Assembly (NCBI GenBank): GCA_048128005.1
Contig: JBEUKZ010000050.1
Location: 62,001 to 126,000, forward strand
Direction of reading: 5' to 3'
Length of the DNA stretch: 64,000 nucleotides
Source of the DNA: Veleropilina oligotropha
Taxonomy: Eukaryota
Part shown: in pieces, positions 51,538 to 63,123 of the stretch
Layout: every line of letters starts with the position of its first letter
Numbering within the stretch: position 1 is the stretch's first letter
Notes under the pieces: generated by a model
Told to the model about the DNA's origin: nothing
The model's database searches: none
What the model saw: the letters and a program-made list of their open reading frames with translations, nothing else
Position numbers and translations under genes: made by a program

Positions 51538-52770
51538 AAAACTAACAGCATTACACTTTTTGTTTATAACAAAAAGTTAGGAATTTTCAACACTCAACTT
51601 TCGTCCATGGGGTCGGACCCCCCCCCCCCCTTGACGGACCAAGTGTCCTTTTTGCCTTGGCCATTAAAAAACTCAATGTGTTAGATTGTGACAAAAATGA
51701 AAATTACCCATACATTTTAGTGAAAATGGTTCGTTCATAAATGTTGGTAAGAAATCTCGCTTTTGCCCTGTCAGACTGCAGGAGAGGTTTCAGGCTGTTG
51801 ATTGACCCCCCTTAGCAAAATCCTGCATCCGCCCCCAGTGGCGTAGGAAGCAATTTTGGACTGGAGGGTAAGACAGAAAAAGGGCACTTTTCATAATTAA
51901 TTTTAAATACAGGTAATTTTTATCCGTACATTTGTGCGTATTTATGTATGATTGCGGTGGGAGTTGAGGATATTTTTCCAAATAGAAATATGAAGGCAAT
52001 GGTTCGCGTAGGGGTGGGCCCCACGCGGAAGAAAATTTTGACACTTAACCTTGTGAAACCCCCTCTCCTGTATTCTGAGATCGCTAATGTGCTATTTCTT
52101 ACCAACATCTTTGAATCATTTTCACCACTCTGTAAAAGTTTTCAATTTGAAAGATAGGCCAAAGAAGTTTTTGAAATATAATATACAGCTGTATATATGA
52201 CCAGGGATTACAAAATTTCGGGGGACATGACGGTCATCAGGACTTTGGGCCTTACGGGGTCGAATTATCCTATCAATTTCCCACGTCGTGGGAATAATTT
52301 TGACAAATAACCGTGCGAAATATCCTCTCCTGTATTCTGATGATGTAAATGTGGTATTTCTTAGAAATATTTACGAATCATTTCACCACTTCGTAAAAGG
52401 TGTAGGCATGTAATAACCTCATGCCCAGTCTGCTGTACAATAATTATAATCCAAAGAATGGTGACTGTCGGTAGATGCAGATATCTCAAGGATATTGTAC
52501 GTGTGATAAAAACTATGAACTCAGATATACTTTAACTCTTCTGTCTATGGTAAAATATTGGGGGGGGGGGGGTACTTATTTTATAAAAATCGCATAAATT
52601 GATCGGTTGATCGAAAGCAGATTTTGCTCGAAAACGGATTTTTATCTAAAATGGACAGTGAAAATCAATTCTGGAGATGGTGCACACATAAAAACGTTGA
52701 AGTCGGATATATACTTTGAATCTGTCTAAGGGCACCAATAAAAATATTGGGGGGGGGGGGGGTTAATACC
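51538..52770. mobile_element. Abutting fragments of two non-autonomous TIR families
   Basis: ..gcatccgcccc end (family of 37771) directly followed by cagtggcgtaggaagc at 51837 (family of 23364 and 18129). Confidence 0.7.
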
Positions 52771-54780
52771 CGTTATTTTATAACAAATTATGAGCCCGCG
52801 TAAATTCTAAAGTATGCCTCGGCCATGTACAACAAAGGAAACGATATCAGGAAAAAGTCACAGCATGATCCGACATCTGATAATACACCACTCTGGAAAC
52901 GCTATACAACTGCCTTCACTGTTAAAAGTGTTTCGTTAGTTTTTAAAATATATGATACATATAAGTATGGCCTTATAAAACAAAAAAAATTAGATGCAAT
53001 ATTGGAAATTATAGCGTCATGTGTGTATATTGGGTTAGTATGTCACCTCGTCGTCACGAGAGTTGCGGTAAACATGCGTACACATCGTGGTCGGATTGTG
53101 ACGCATTGGTGCATTGCACGATATTCGTATAGATTACTGCGCGCCAAATAAATCTGCGGATAATGATATACGACATCGATCACGACATGCGTCATTGGTC
53201 GATTGGAAATCCCAGGCATATTAAACACTTGACCTTTACGTTGTATATTATAATTATGTAGGCGAGACACTTCATTCGAAGACGTGGTAAACACCCCTAA
53301 TCATAATTATTACGCATGTAGGCTACGTTCAGAATAAAACTCGTATCATAAAACGTCTATTTTCATGTCTAGTATTTGGGTTATTGTGAAATCACGAAAA
53401 CATGTATTTATGTATTGCTGTGAAATTGTAAGAGAATGTGACTCAATGCTCAAAATGCACACCCGTACTCTTTTATCTGCTTAAAAGGAAAACTGAGCAG
53501 GTGTGAACAACAAGAATGTGACAAACCCGGTTTCCAGGTGTCACGAAGAGGCCATGGAATCCGAAACCTACATTTTGCAATGTCATTGTGTCCAATATAA
53601 CAGATTCACTCAGCTGTTTTATCTTACATATTTAGTTATAAAAACGGGAACCCCCTGAATATATGGTAGTATCACAAGACTTATTTATTGATGGTGGTAG
53701 TAGTAGATTATTATAAATATTCACACAAGATAAACCCAAACTACACACACATTGTGTACTGTCTCCACGCGGACAGTCCACATCAACTGTCGGCGTGGGG
53801 AGTTGACAATTAATGGTGTGAAACCCCCTCTCTTGCATTCTGAGATTGCAAATGCGACATTTCTTACCAGCATTAAATTTTATGAACCACTGTCATTTTT
53901 GAGTAAATTTATCTTTTTCCGATCGGATATGACCATAAACTCGTAATCCTGATTGCGATATGACTGAATACTGAATAACTGCTAAATCGGGTCATAAAAC
54001 AAAGTATTTCAAAAATTTCATTTCAGCGCTCCATATAGAATATGTAATTGCTGCTTGCGTTCATACCAGCATAAACTCAACCAAACTGCAGTTTACATTA
54101 GTTTTTAACCACAATCCCGTAAAACTAAACATATTTAGTTTGTTATGATGTAGTTATTATTGTATATCGTCGGGTAACGTCCAATTAACGGAACAGCCTT
54201 TCCATTGAGCAAAACAATATTCATGTAAGGATTTCATTCTGTGGTAAAAATAATGAACAATATTGTTAATTTCAATTCATAAATTTATTTGATATTAAAT
54301 ATATAATGTAAATTTTACATTAGACGCAAATTTGTTTATGTATAACAATTTTATTATAACAAGAAACATAGTGCGATATTACTACGCCTTGCCTATTTTC
54401 TCTATTGCGCCCATAGTAGTATGAACGCAATCAAACTGTATTGAGCTAAATAGCAGACGATGTAAATATATATAAATATATATATATAGCAGCAGGGCGG
54501 GTCATTGGACTTTTTAGAATGGAAACATAAGGCTCCCAGCACCATTTCAGAACTGAGCTGGTAATACCGGGGGGGACTAGGGAGTTAGGGTGGGGTCCGG
54601 GGGCCCGGGGGTGGGGGCTCCCAGCACCTGTTCAGACCCGAGGGTAGGGCTTGTATTACAAAAAGTCACCGTGTGTACAGCGGCCCACTACCCTAGCCGG
54701 GCAGGCGTATGTTTGTATCTGTGCCGAGAACTCCTTTGTTACTGACTAGGGGCCCACGGCCGCCGGGAAGGCTCCCGGCC

Positions 54781-54960
54781 CTATTTCGGAATGCGATTGT
54801 GTAGAACTCCCTTCTTACCGCCTTTGGTCTTCTTCTTAAAGACCGCCTGTTCACCATCGTCGAGGTCAACAATCAAAACGTCGTAGCCCGATTTCAAGAG
54901 GGTCCTGATGCGTCGGGAACTTTTAGCGCCGCGCAACCTGGGAACGTCTTTCTGCGGCAT
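54781..54960 (-). CDS. Small basic protein (59 aa), unknown function
   Basis: MPQKDVPRLRGAKSSRRIRTLLK..KKKTKGGKK..; transcribed divergently from the 55124 ORF. Confidence 0.4.
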   Translation of the reverse strand: MPQKDVPRLRGAKSSRRIRTLLKSGYDVLIVDLDDGEQAVFKKKTKGGKKGVLHNRIPK

Positions 54961-55123
54961 GTTGCTTTCAAGTATAACTACACAGCGTCTAACACGACCA
55001 GCTATTTCGCGCCGATATAGTAGCATGTAGTAAGACCCGTAGGGACGGCCCACAACCCTCGCCGGCCCGGGCTCTCTTTTATACATACCCATATCACAGG
55101 ATATACCCACTGCAAAGGATACG

Positions 55124-55408
55124 ATGAAGGGCTATGACACCTGTCAATGGCTCACCATCAGCTCCACGGAGTTATGCGGTAAGAGATGTCTGAGAAAGTT
55201 TTGCAAAGTCCATCTGGCTCGGCTCCGAAAGGGCCCTGGTACCAAGCCCTGCAGCAAATGCGGACAAGGCGTCAGAAACTGGCTTACGCTGTGTCAGGAC
55301 TGTGGGTATAAGCTTGAGAACGATAGGGACTGGGGACGAAAGAAAAGGGCCTTCCGGAGAGAGTTTCGCCGCATGGCTGCAATCTACCACACGGAAAGTT
55401 CCTATTAG
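55124..55408 (+). CDS. Small Cys-rich zinc-finger protein (94 aa)
   Basis: C..C..C..CxxH followed by CSKC..CQDC and a basic tail; 36 nt upstream of the next ORF. Confidence 0.6.
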   Translation: MKGYDTCQWLTISSTELCGKRCLRKFCKVHLARLRKGPGTKPCSKCGQGVRNWLTLCQDCGYKLENDRDWGRKKRAFRREFRRMAAIYHTESSY

Positions 55409-55444
55409 AGAAGTGACCGGCATGACGTATACCCCCCATGCAAC

Positions 55445-57112
55445 ATGGATGACCTGCGCAATCTAGCGAAAGATTACGGGCTTCCCGCTCGGTCGAAGCT
55501 CAAGAAGCACGGCCTCATCTGGGCAATCGCCAGGGTCCGTGCTGCGGAGTTTCGGAGGAGACTCGAGCGGGCGATGAAAACGGGAAGATTCCCCTCCATC
55601 CGTGGAGATGTGGAGAACCCCCACAAACGAGGCCGTCGTGCCCGCGAATTGCGACAGCTTAAGGACGAGGTCGAGGTGGCCCTCAAGGTCCGTAAATACG
55701 AAACCCAGGCCGAGAAAAAGCCCGGGATACGACAGAAGCCACTTCGTGCCATCACGGATCGAATCGTCAAGCCACACCTGCACGGTCTGACTAGGTCTCG
55801 GAAAGAGACCCTTGCGGGGGCTATTGCTCAGAAGGGGCCCGATATTCTGAGAGATCACTTAGCCTCGGATGAATATTATTCCCTCTCCAAAACGCCCCGG
55901 ACAGCCCAGGACTACCAGAAGGATCTTCTAGGGACGTTTACCACAACAGAGGGGCAACAGTTCATCGACCTGGATAACCAGGCCCCTCCCCCAGTAAGGC
56001 TCCCAGCAAAAGAGCCATGGGTGGAACTCTTGAACAACGCCAAAGACGAGTTTGAGGTCGATGGCGCCGCGGCGGCCTTCTCCACATGGAGGGTAGAAGT
56101 GGACATTAAGATCGAACACGGCATCGAAGCGCTGGATGCCCGTATGACAGACGCGAGGGCGGCACAGCTCCTCACAGCCCTTCCAAAAGGCGAGTATGTC
56201 CTTAGAATCAAGTTCTTGCGTGAGTGGGGTGAAGGTGACTGGATGGTCGAAGACAAGTTTGACCCGGTGAAAGCTGCGAGGAAGAAGGGCCAGGGTGTCT
56301 TTGAGATATCCCATGACACTAAGCCGGGTGCTATCACTGGGGTCGACAAAGTCTACTACGAGAACGCCTACCCGGTCACTGCAGTCGTCTACGGCCTCTA
56401 CCCTCTCAGAGAACCAAACCCCGCCAACCTGGTCCCAATGAAGAACGGCGACCTCAACTGCGTTGCCCAAAGAGTGGTTGAGCACTTCGAAGGTGCCCTG
56501 AGAGGAAACGGACTCACCCCGACAAGGCGGCAGAAAATACAGGAGTGGGAAGAGCGAGTCCATGTAACAGGCGCCACTGTGGATGATATATCCATCCTCG
56601 AGAAGATACTGAAGCGGGCGATCATCTTGAGAGACATCGCAGGTGCCGACATCTACAGCAGTGGGAAGTACCAGGGCTGGCATAGACCAGTAGAACTCAT
56701 CTGCCACAACGGCCACGCATGGTCCAAAGAGCTGCACTTTCCGCAGTCTCGCGAGGTCCACCTGTATGAGGGCGATGTCTGGGAAGCTATCCGACAAGCC
56801 ACACATAATGAGCCATTGGCTGTCTGGCTCCTTGGCGGTACAGACCGACAGCTCAGCGTGAACCAGTTCGTGCTGCAGGACGGCCGCACCTACAGGACGA
56901 AAGAGACTCACGAGAGACTCCAAGAAGCCTGTACAGCGCTGGGGAACGAGTCTCTTGCCGATCGAGCCTTTGGCGAGAACCATGCAGCTAGCATTATGGC
57001 CAAGGAGCACAACGGCTGGAAACCGACCCCAGCGAGCCTGCACGATGATATCCAGAAGGCCTGCATAGAGCATGGTCACGGCGGCCTTTGGAATTCCATG
57101 AATTACGACACG

Positions 57113-57118
<6 letters not shown>
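55445..57118 (+). CDS. 557-aa N-terminal part of a larger protein (Rho-N/HeH-like start, OTU-like Cys/His region; possibly a protein-primed PolB N-terminus)
   Basis: DLRNLAKDYGL..SKLKK..LI.AI; NGDLNCV..GAT.DDI..LE..I.LRD..IY.S..VELICHNGHAW; the stop codon is supplied by the GATA tract. Confidence 0.55.
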
Positions 57119-57143
<25 letters not shown>

Positions 57144-57746
57144 CACCTCGCCGGACGTGTTTTGCAACGCTCCCGGCCATATTTATACTATAACTTTATT
57201 TTCAACCTTACAACTCTAGTTTTCAGTTGTAAGGTTGAATAAAGCACTCTACTTAACCACCGCTAGGTTGATTTTGTTAAATTTATTGTATATTTTGTGT
57301 ATTTGGAGGTAGAAGTTTTTCAAAAGTGTTGTAAACGAATCACTAGCGAGAGTTATCTCCTGCTAGTGTTATTTTCGTATCGACACTTTTGTGTCGCGCA
57401 TTTCATCGGCGACACCCTCCAAATACATTTAATACATTAATTATATAAATTATTAACGAACCGCTAAGGTTATATTTATTTATTTCGGGTTTTATTCACC
57501 AAAACCACTTGGTTTTGGTGAATTAAAATTAACATCCGGGCCTTTAGCGGTTCGTAGTAGGCTTTGCGTAGTGTTGAAATCGACATCCATAGATAGCACG
57601 CAAAGCCTTTGTTCTCTCGTCGGCGGCCACCGTTTCGTAGGAAACAATAGTCGCCGACCAGAAACTTATTTTTAGATATAGTTGCTTGGCTTTCGAGCCT
57701 TTTAGTTTAATATAATTATTATTAAAGGGACAGTGGCCTGAATATT

Positions 57747-59294
57747 ATGGCGTCTTCTGTAGCCAGACCACTGTCCCTTCGATTAGACACAAGGCAGGAT
57801 AAAACAGCGGCAGTTGATGTATATCGTGCCTTGAGAGAGATTATCGGGACAGGCCCTGGGTTATTAAAGGGCCTGATCCATATAAGAAAATCAATCTGGA
57901 ATGTCTCTGTGGCCACGTCGGCCATTAGGGACAAACTAATTGAGAGCGGTCTTGCCATCAGCGGGGTTAACTGCCCGCTGCACCCTGTTGATGTCAACCG
58001 CGTGCTAATCAACGTCAGAGTTCCTTTGGAAATCTCTGACGTTGATATTAAGGAGGCCTTTTCGGTCTTTGGTCAGGTAGAGTCCGTGGTACGTGAGTAC
58101 CACGATTTTGATGCCACGGTAGCCACCGGTGTACGGAAGGTGTGGATGACGCGAGTCACCCGCACCATCATGAATACCCTTTACATCGGTGGTATGTATC
58201 TACCCGTGTGGTACAGAGGTCAAGTTAAGACCTGTAACCTCTGTGCCAAACAAGGACACTTTGCTAGGAGATGCCCCTCCAAAAACTTATGTTTTGAATG
58301 TGGCCAGGAGGGACACCTCCAATCAAAGTGTCCTGAAAAGACCAGGAAGGCCTCCCAGAGGCAGGAGTCGACTACCTCTACCAAGTCGGCCCCTGTTGAT
58401 TCTAGGCCTAAGACTCAGGCAATGCGCACTGTTATGGCAGTGCCTGTTGCCACCCTCACATTGCCTGAGTCAAAGGCCCCCACCACTACGCTGCCGGCAA
58501 CCGCAGATATCCGAACTTATATATCGGATGTCATTAAATCTGCGGTTGCCGTGACAACTACGTCGTCTTCCGCGACAGTTTCGGCACCTGCTTTGGCAAC
58601 ACAGAACCGCTTTTCTGTGTTGTCAGAAACGGTGTCGTCAACAGCCGAGTCTGACTTGAAGACTCGGCCTACATCGTCTTCTGAGCCTGCCCGACAGGCC
58701 AAATCAACATCAAAGTCTGTCGGACAGACTCAGACGCCCATAGTGGAGACGACTCCACCCAGTAAAGGGAAGACCGGAGGTTCCAAGTCCCCCTCTAAGA
58801 CAAGTCCCAGGATGGTACCATACAAAAAACCATCTAATGTTACTACCATCCGGGACTGTTTTATCCCAGTTCAGATTGGGTCTTCGCTGAAGATGGTTCC
58901 CTGTCCATCTTCACCGAAGATCTCGACTTCTGTCAGTACACCTACCACCTTTTCGGAAGCCGTGCAGTCAGCGCCAGTGTCCAAACCAATGGACACAACT
59001 GCAGGGCTTTCGAAGGTACTGGCTCAGAAGCGAGCTGCCGAGTCGGATTCCGACACTGACACATCGGTCAAAGGCACCCAATTTAAGTTTGGGATGAACA
59101 ACCCTGCCTACGAAGGGGCACATGGGGAGGTTTTGATCCCCTGTGAATCGAAAGGGGGGGTTGTTTATAGGCGGTACAAGCGGACCAAACTTCCAAGGTC
59201 CGCCCCCTACTCTAACTTTTACTGGGTAGATTTGTCGGAAGAAGATTTTAGCCGGAAGGCTAAACTTCTTGCAAAGAAGAAGCCAAGGAATTAA
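57747..59294 (+). CDS. Tx1 ORF1 (RRM-like region, two CX2CX4HX4C knuckles, S/T/P-rich tail)
   Basis: VPLEISD..FSVFGQV..TGVRKV..WYRGQVKTCNLC...GHFARRC..CFECGQEGHLQSKC. Confidence 0.93.
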   Translation: MASSVARPLSLRLDTRQDKTAAVDVYRALREIIGTGPGLLKGLIHIRKSIWNVSVATSAIRDKLIESGLAISGVNCPLHPVDVNRVLINVRVPLEISDVDIKEAFSVFGQVESVVREYHDFDATVATGVRKVWMTRVTRTIMNTLYIGGMYLPVWYRGQVKTCNLCAKQGHFARRCPSKNLCFECGQEGHLQSKCPEKTRKASQRQESTTSTKSAPVDSRPKTQAMRTVMAVPVATLTLPESKAPTTTLPATADIRTYISDVIKSAVAVTTTSSSATVSAPALATQNRFSVLSETVSSTAESDLKTRPTSSSEPARQAKSTSKSVGQTQTPIVETTPPSKGKTGGSKSPSKTSPRMVPYKKPSNVTTIRDCFIPVQIGSSLKMVPCPSSPKISTSVSTPTTFSEAVQSAPVSKPMDTTAGLSKVLAQKRAAESDSDTDTSVKGTQFKFGMNNPAYEGAHGEVLIPCESKGGVVYRRYKRTKLPRSAPYSNFYWVDLSEEDFSRKAKLLAKKKPRN

Positions 59295-59295
59295 A

Positions 59296-62200
59296 ATGCC
59301 GCGCATTGCCACCTTAAATTGCGGCGGTTTGGTCAACGAGACCAAACAACTTTCCTTGGCTTCTGATTTCAAGAAGTTCAAGTTAGATGTGCTGTTCTTG
59401 CAGGAGACCCACCTTTTGTCAGATTCTGATACTACCAACTTGGTCAGACTGACAGGTGGGAAGGTGTTTATAGCCAGCGGTTCTCGGCATGCTGCAGGGG
59501 TGGCGATTCTTTTGTCACCCCAGTTTCTACAATTTACCACCATTATTTCATCTACAGCTGACCCTGATGGTCGCTGGGTGAAAGTTGTAGTGCAGTATTC
59601 CGAGGACACTTTCACCTTATGCTGTGTTTATGCACCGACCTACCCTCCTGCAAGACGCACATTTTTCACATCACTTAAATCCGTTATATCCCCATCCGAT
59701 GATAATATTATCCTCGGTGGGGATTTTAACTGCATATTTGATATTAAGGATCGACGAAGTGCTGCTCCCCTCACTGATACTTCCGCCATTCCGCTTCAGG
59801 CAGTGTGTGGGGAGTATCACCTCCTCGATTCCTTCCGCATTTTACACCCAGATAAGGAGAGTTACACTTGGACCTCTCCTACTGGTGATGTATCATCTCG
59901 GCTTGACCGAATTTATATTTCGTCCTCACTAGTAGGATTTTTAACCAAATCACTTACTATGAGTCTGAACTATTCAGACCATAGTTTATATTCGATTTCA
60001 TTGGACAGTGCCGAGTGGCTCACTCATGGCCCCGGTTACTGGAAAATGAACACTTCTCTCCTTCAAGATGTCACTTTTCAAGACACCATGTCGGACTTTT
60101 GGCCTTCTTGGGTATCGCTGAAGGACACTTTTGATAACATCTTGGACTGGTGGGAAGAGGGCAAGCTTCGCATTGCCCGTCTCGCCAAGTCCGTCTCCAA
60201 AAGTGTGGCTAGTTTTCGCCGAAACAAGCGTCTGCACCTGGAAAAGTCTTTTTCCAAGGTGTCGGCCAAGGTTGAGGCGGGGCGAAAAGACCTTTTACCA
60301 CTCAAGGTCAAGATCAAAGCCCAACTAGCCGAGCTTCAGTCGATTGAATACGAAGGGGCCAAGGTCCGATCTCGTGTACAGTGGCATTTGGAAGGAGAGA
60401 AGCCTTCAAAATATTTCTGCTCTCTTGAGCGCTATAAGGGGATAGGGCATTCTTTTAGGTCCCTATCCTCTTCGGATGGTGCAATTCTCACATCTCAAGA
60501 TGAGATGCTGGGAATTGCCCATGACTTTTATTCAAATTTATTCAAGTCAGAGGGAGTTAACATGGATACCATGGACCCTCTGCTTGATAATTTACAAAAG
60601 GTTTTACCTTTACCTTTACGGGAATCTTGTGACTCCTCTTTATCTTTCGAGGAGCTCACAGATTCCATTAAAAGCATGAATGCTGGTAAATCTCCGGGAA
60701 TCGATGGCATCCCGGCAGAATTTTATCAGCATTTTTGGCCTCTTATTGGGCCATCATTTATGGAAGTGACGGATGCCATTTTTCAACAGGGTGGGATGTC
60801 GCCCACCATGTTGGAAGCTGTCGTCCGGCTACTTTACAAGAAGGGGGATAAGGCCGATTTAAAGAACTGGCGGCCTATCTCCCTTCTTTGTGCTGACTAT
60901 AAAATTATTACCAAAGCCCTTACCTTGCGCCTGGGAAAGGTTCTGCACCATGTGGTGCACGAGAACCAAACGTGCGCTGTCCCTGGGCGTTCGATCTTTT
61001 CCAATTCCTTACTTGTCCGTGACCTCATTGAGATGGCGGACAGTGAGGACATTCCTTGCGGTATCCTTAGTCTCGATAACGAGAAGGCTTTTGACCGCTT
61101 GGAATGGGACTTTCTTTATAAAGTCCTGGAAAAGATGGGCTTTGGTAATAAATTTATAGGATATATTAGGACCTGTTACAGTGGTATTTCCAGTAGGGTT
61201 ATTATTAATAATTTCCTTACTGACCCTGTTTTTCCGGAGCGTGGTGTTAGACAGGGGTGTCCCCTGTCTCCGCTCCTCTATGTTATTGGAGCGGAAGTAC
61301 TCGGTGCTTGCATCTGCAATAATCCGGAATTTCAGGGAGTCACTGTGACAGGGGTGTCAGAGGCGCTGAAAATATCTCAGTATGCCGATGACACCACCCT
61401 ATTTCCTGGTGACGATCATGACTTTGACGTCCTATCGTCTGTCCTCAAAGATTACGAGGCAGCTTCAGGGGCTAAGGTTAACATCGGAAAGTCCGAAGGA
61501 CTTTTTCTTGGTTCCTGGAGAGATAGGACTGATAGTCCACTTGGTATCAAGTGGACCGCCGACCGACTGAAATTGCTTGGCGTTTTTCACTCGGTCGGTG
61601 GGGCCATCAAGGATAATTGGACCTTTCGCGTCGACAAAGTGCGTACCACCTTAGCACGGTGGCGCGGGAGGCCAATGTCCTTGTTTGGTCGGGTCATGGT
61701 CGTCAACACCCTTGCCTTGTCACAACTGTGGTACACTGCCACAGTTGTGCCAATGCCCGACAGTGTGGTTGACGAGGTCAACACACTTGTGTTAAATTTT
61801 GTTTGGGAGGGAAAGAAGCCGTTGGTTTCTCGGACCACCTTGATTGGGCCTTTGGAGAGTGGGGGGTTGGGTTTAATTGATGTTAAATCCAAGTGCGCCT
61901 CCCTTCTCCTAAAGCATGTCTCTGAACTGTGTAAAGGTGAGGAGACATGGGCCCAAATGTCCAGAACTCTGGCGAATGGACGAATTGCTCCATACGACGT
62001 GGAGTGCATGCTTTTTGGTGATGCCCGACCACCTGGCATCACCAAGCTTCCGCCTGCCATTGTAACAATGGCCAAAGCATTGCACTCCATGGTATTGGAG
62101 CATCCTGAACCAGAGTCCTGGGCTGCAGCTTTGCTGGAACCCCTTTGGGGTAATGATCGGATTCTTGATGATCGTCGACGTCCTCTGTTCTTCCCCTCAT

Positions 62201-63123
62201 TTGCGAGGGGAGGTATCATGACACTTGGCGACTTGGTCGATCGTGAAGACAGAACGTTTCTGTCGATCGAAGCCATTGTCGCCAAGACCTCATCAAGAGC
62301 CCTGGACGCTAGACGTCTTTGTACATACCTAAAACGTGCGATTCCTGGCGACTGGTTCGGCTTGCCGGCCGGAGACCGGGAATCAGCGTCCAGGGCATAT
62401 TCCGTCCATGCTATGGATGGTACTAGCCACAGTTGCTTTGACTTGTCGTCCAAACAATGGTATATATATTTGGTCGATGAGCATGCAACTGAGACCGTTG
62501 CCGTCCAAGCATGGGAGCCCACGCACGCGCCAAGCAACTGGAATCCAATATGGTTGGGGATATTTAAGATGCCTGTCCCCAACACTGTCCGCGAGGTTGC
62601 TTGGTTGCTGCTGCAGAGGCAGTTGTGGGTTCGAGCAAAGCTGCTGAAAGTGGGCATTGTCACGGATGCCAGTTGTCCTCTTTGCCAGTCTGGCGAAGAG
62701 ACACTGATACATCTATTTGTGCGGTGTGACATTGCCCGCTCCTTTTGGGTCTGGGTTGCCAACCTTCTTTCCCGTTATCTAGGGCAGGATGTCTCAATTC
62801 CTGCCCTGTACATAATATTTCGAGACCGCACCCTGTGGTCAGACATTTCAAAGGATCACAGGGTGGTGGTCGATTGTTTACTTATGTATGGACTGTCAGT
62901 CTTGTGGAAACGTCGTTGCCATCAGGTGTACTCTCCACAAGATGATTTTGATCATCTTGCAACCTTGCGAGCCGTCTTTGTGGCCCATTTGCGCATGTTC
63001 ATATTATACGAACACGAACGCGCATTGCTGAGCAAGAGGGGCATTGCCTCCTTCTCACGCATATGGTGCTACAATGACGTGTTTGCAAGCTTGGAGGGTT
63101 CACGACTGACAGTCCTTTTGTAA
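59296..63123 (+). CDS. Tx1 ORF2 (AP endonuclease, RT, C-terminal zinc finger), 1275 aa
   Basis: TLNCGG, LQETH, GGDFN, RLDRIY, SDH; GKSPGIDG, NWRPISLL, QGCPLSP, QYADD; CPLC..HLF..C. ATG lies 1 nt after the ORF1 stop. Confidence 0.96.
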   Translation: MPRIATLNCGGLVNETKQLSLASDFKKFKLDVLFLQETHLLSDSDTTNLVRLTGGKVFIASGSRHAAGVAILLSPQFLQFTTIISSTADPDGRWVKVVVQYSEDTFTLCCVYAPTYPPARRTFFTSLKSVISPSDDNIILGGDFNCIFDIKDRRSAAPLTDTSAIPLQAVCGEYHLLDSFRILHPDKESYTWTSPTGDVSSRLDRIYISSSLVGFLTKSLTMSLNYSDHSLYSISLDSAEWLTHGPGYWKMNTSLLQDVTFQDTMSDFWPSWVSLKDTFDNILDWWEEGKLRIARLAKSVSKSVASFRRNKRLHLEKSFSKVSAKVEAGRKDLLPLKVKIKAQLAELQSIEYEGAKVRSRVQWHLEGEKPSKYFCSLERYKGIGHSFRSLSSSDGAILTSQDEMLGIAHDFYSNLFKSEGVNMDTMDPLLDNLQKVLPLPLRESCDSSLSFEELTDSIKSMNAGKSPGIDGIPAEFYQHFWPLIGPSFMEVTDAIFQQGGMSPTMLEAVVRLLYKKGDKADLKNWRPISLLCADYKIITKALTLRLGKVLHHVVHENQTCAVPGRSIFSNSLLVRDLIEMADSEDIPCGILSLDNEKAFDRLEWDFLYKVLEKMGFGNKFIGYIRTCYSGISSRVIINNFLTDPVFPERGVRQGCPLSPLLYVIGAEVLGACICNNPEFQGVTVTGVSEALKISQYADDTTLFPGDDHDFDVLSSVLKDYEAASGAKVNIGKSEGLFLGSWRDRTDSPLGIKWTADRLKLLGVFHSVGGAIKDNWTFRVDKVRTTLARWRGRPMSLFGRVMVVNTLALSQLWYTATVVPMPDSVVDEVNTLVLNFVWEGKKPLVSRTTLIGPLESGGLGLIDVKSKCASLLLKHVSELCKGEETWAQMSRTLANGRIAPYDVECMLFGDARPPGITKLPPAIVTMAKALHSMVLEHPEPESWAAALLEPLWGNDRILDDRRRPLFFPSFARGGIMTLGDLVDREDRTFLSIEAIVAKTSSRALDARRLCTYLKRAIPGDWFGLPAGDRESASRAYSVHAMDGTSHSCFDLSSKQWYIYLVDEHATETVAVQAWEPTHAPSNWNPIWLGIFKMPVPNTVREVAWLLLQRQLWVRAKLLKVGIVTDASCPLCQSGEETLIHLFVRCDIARSFWVWVANLLSRYLGQDVSIPALYIIFRDRTLWSDISKDHRVVVDCLLMYGLSVLWKRRCHQVYSPQDDFDHLATLRAVFVAHLRMFILYEHERALLSKRGIASFSRIWCYNDVFASLEGSRLTVLL

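Larger units (their letters stand above)
54488..57118 (+). mobile_element. GC-rich, intronless Polinton/virus-like fragment, truncated by Tx1
   Basis: Abrupt GC rise after (ta)n; starts AGCAGCAG; compact divergent ORFs; the long ORF ends exactly at the GATA tract. Confidence 0.5.

Noticed and set aside
55928..62762. Long antisense ORFs (383 aa at 55928-57079 and 391 aa at 61587-62762), and those within Academ
   Set aside because: Shadow frames of GC-richer sense ORFs with no recognisable motifs.
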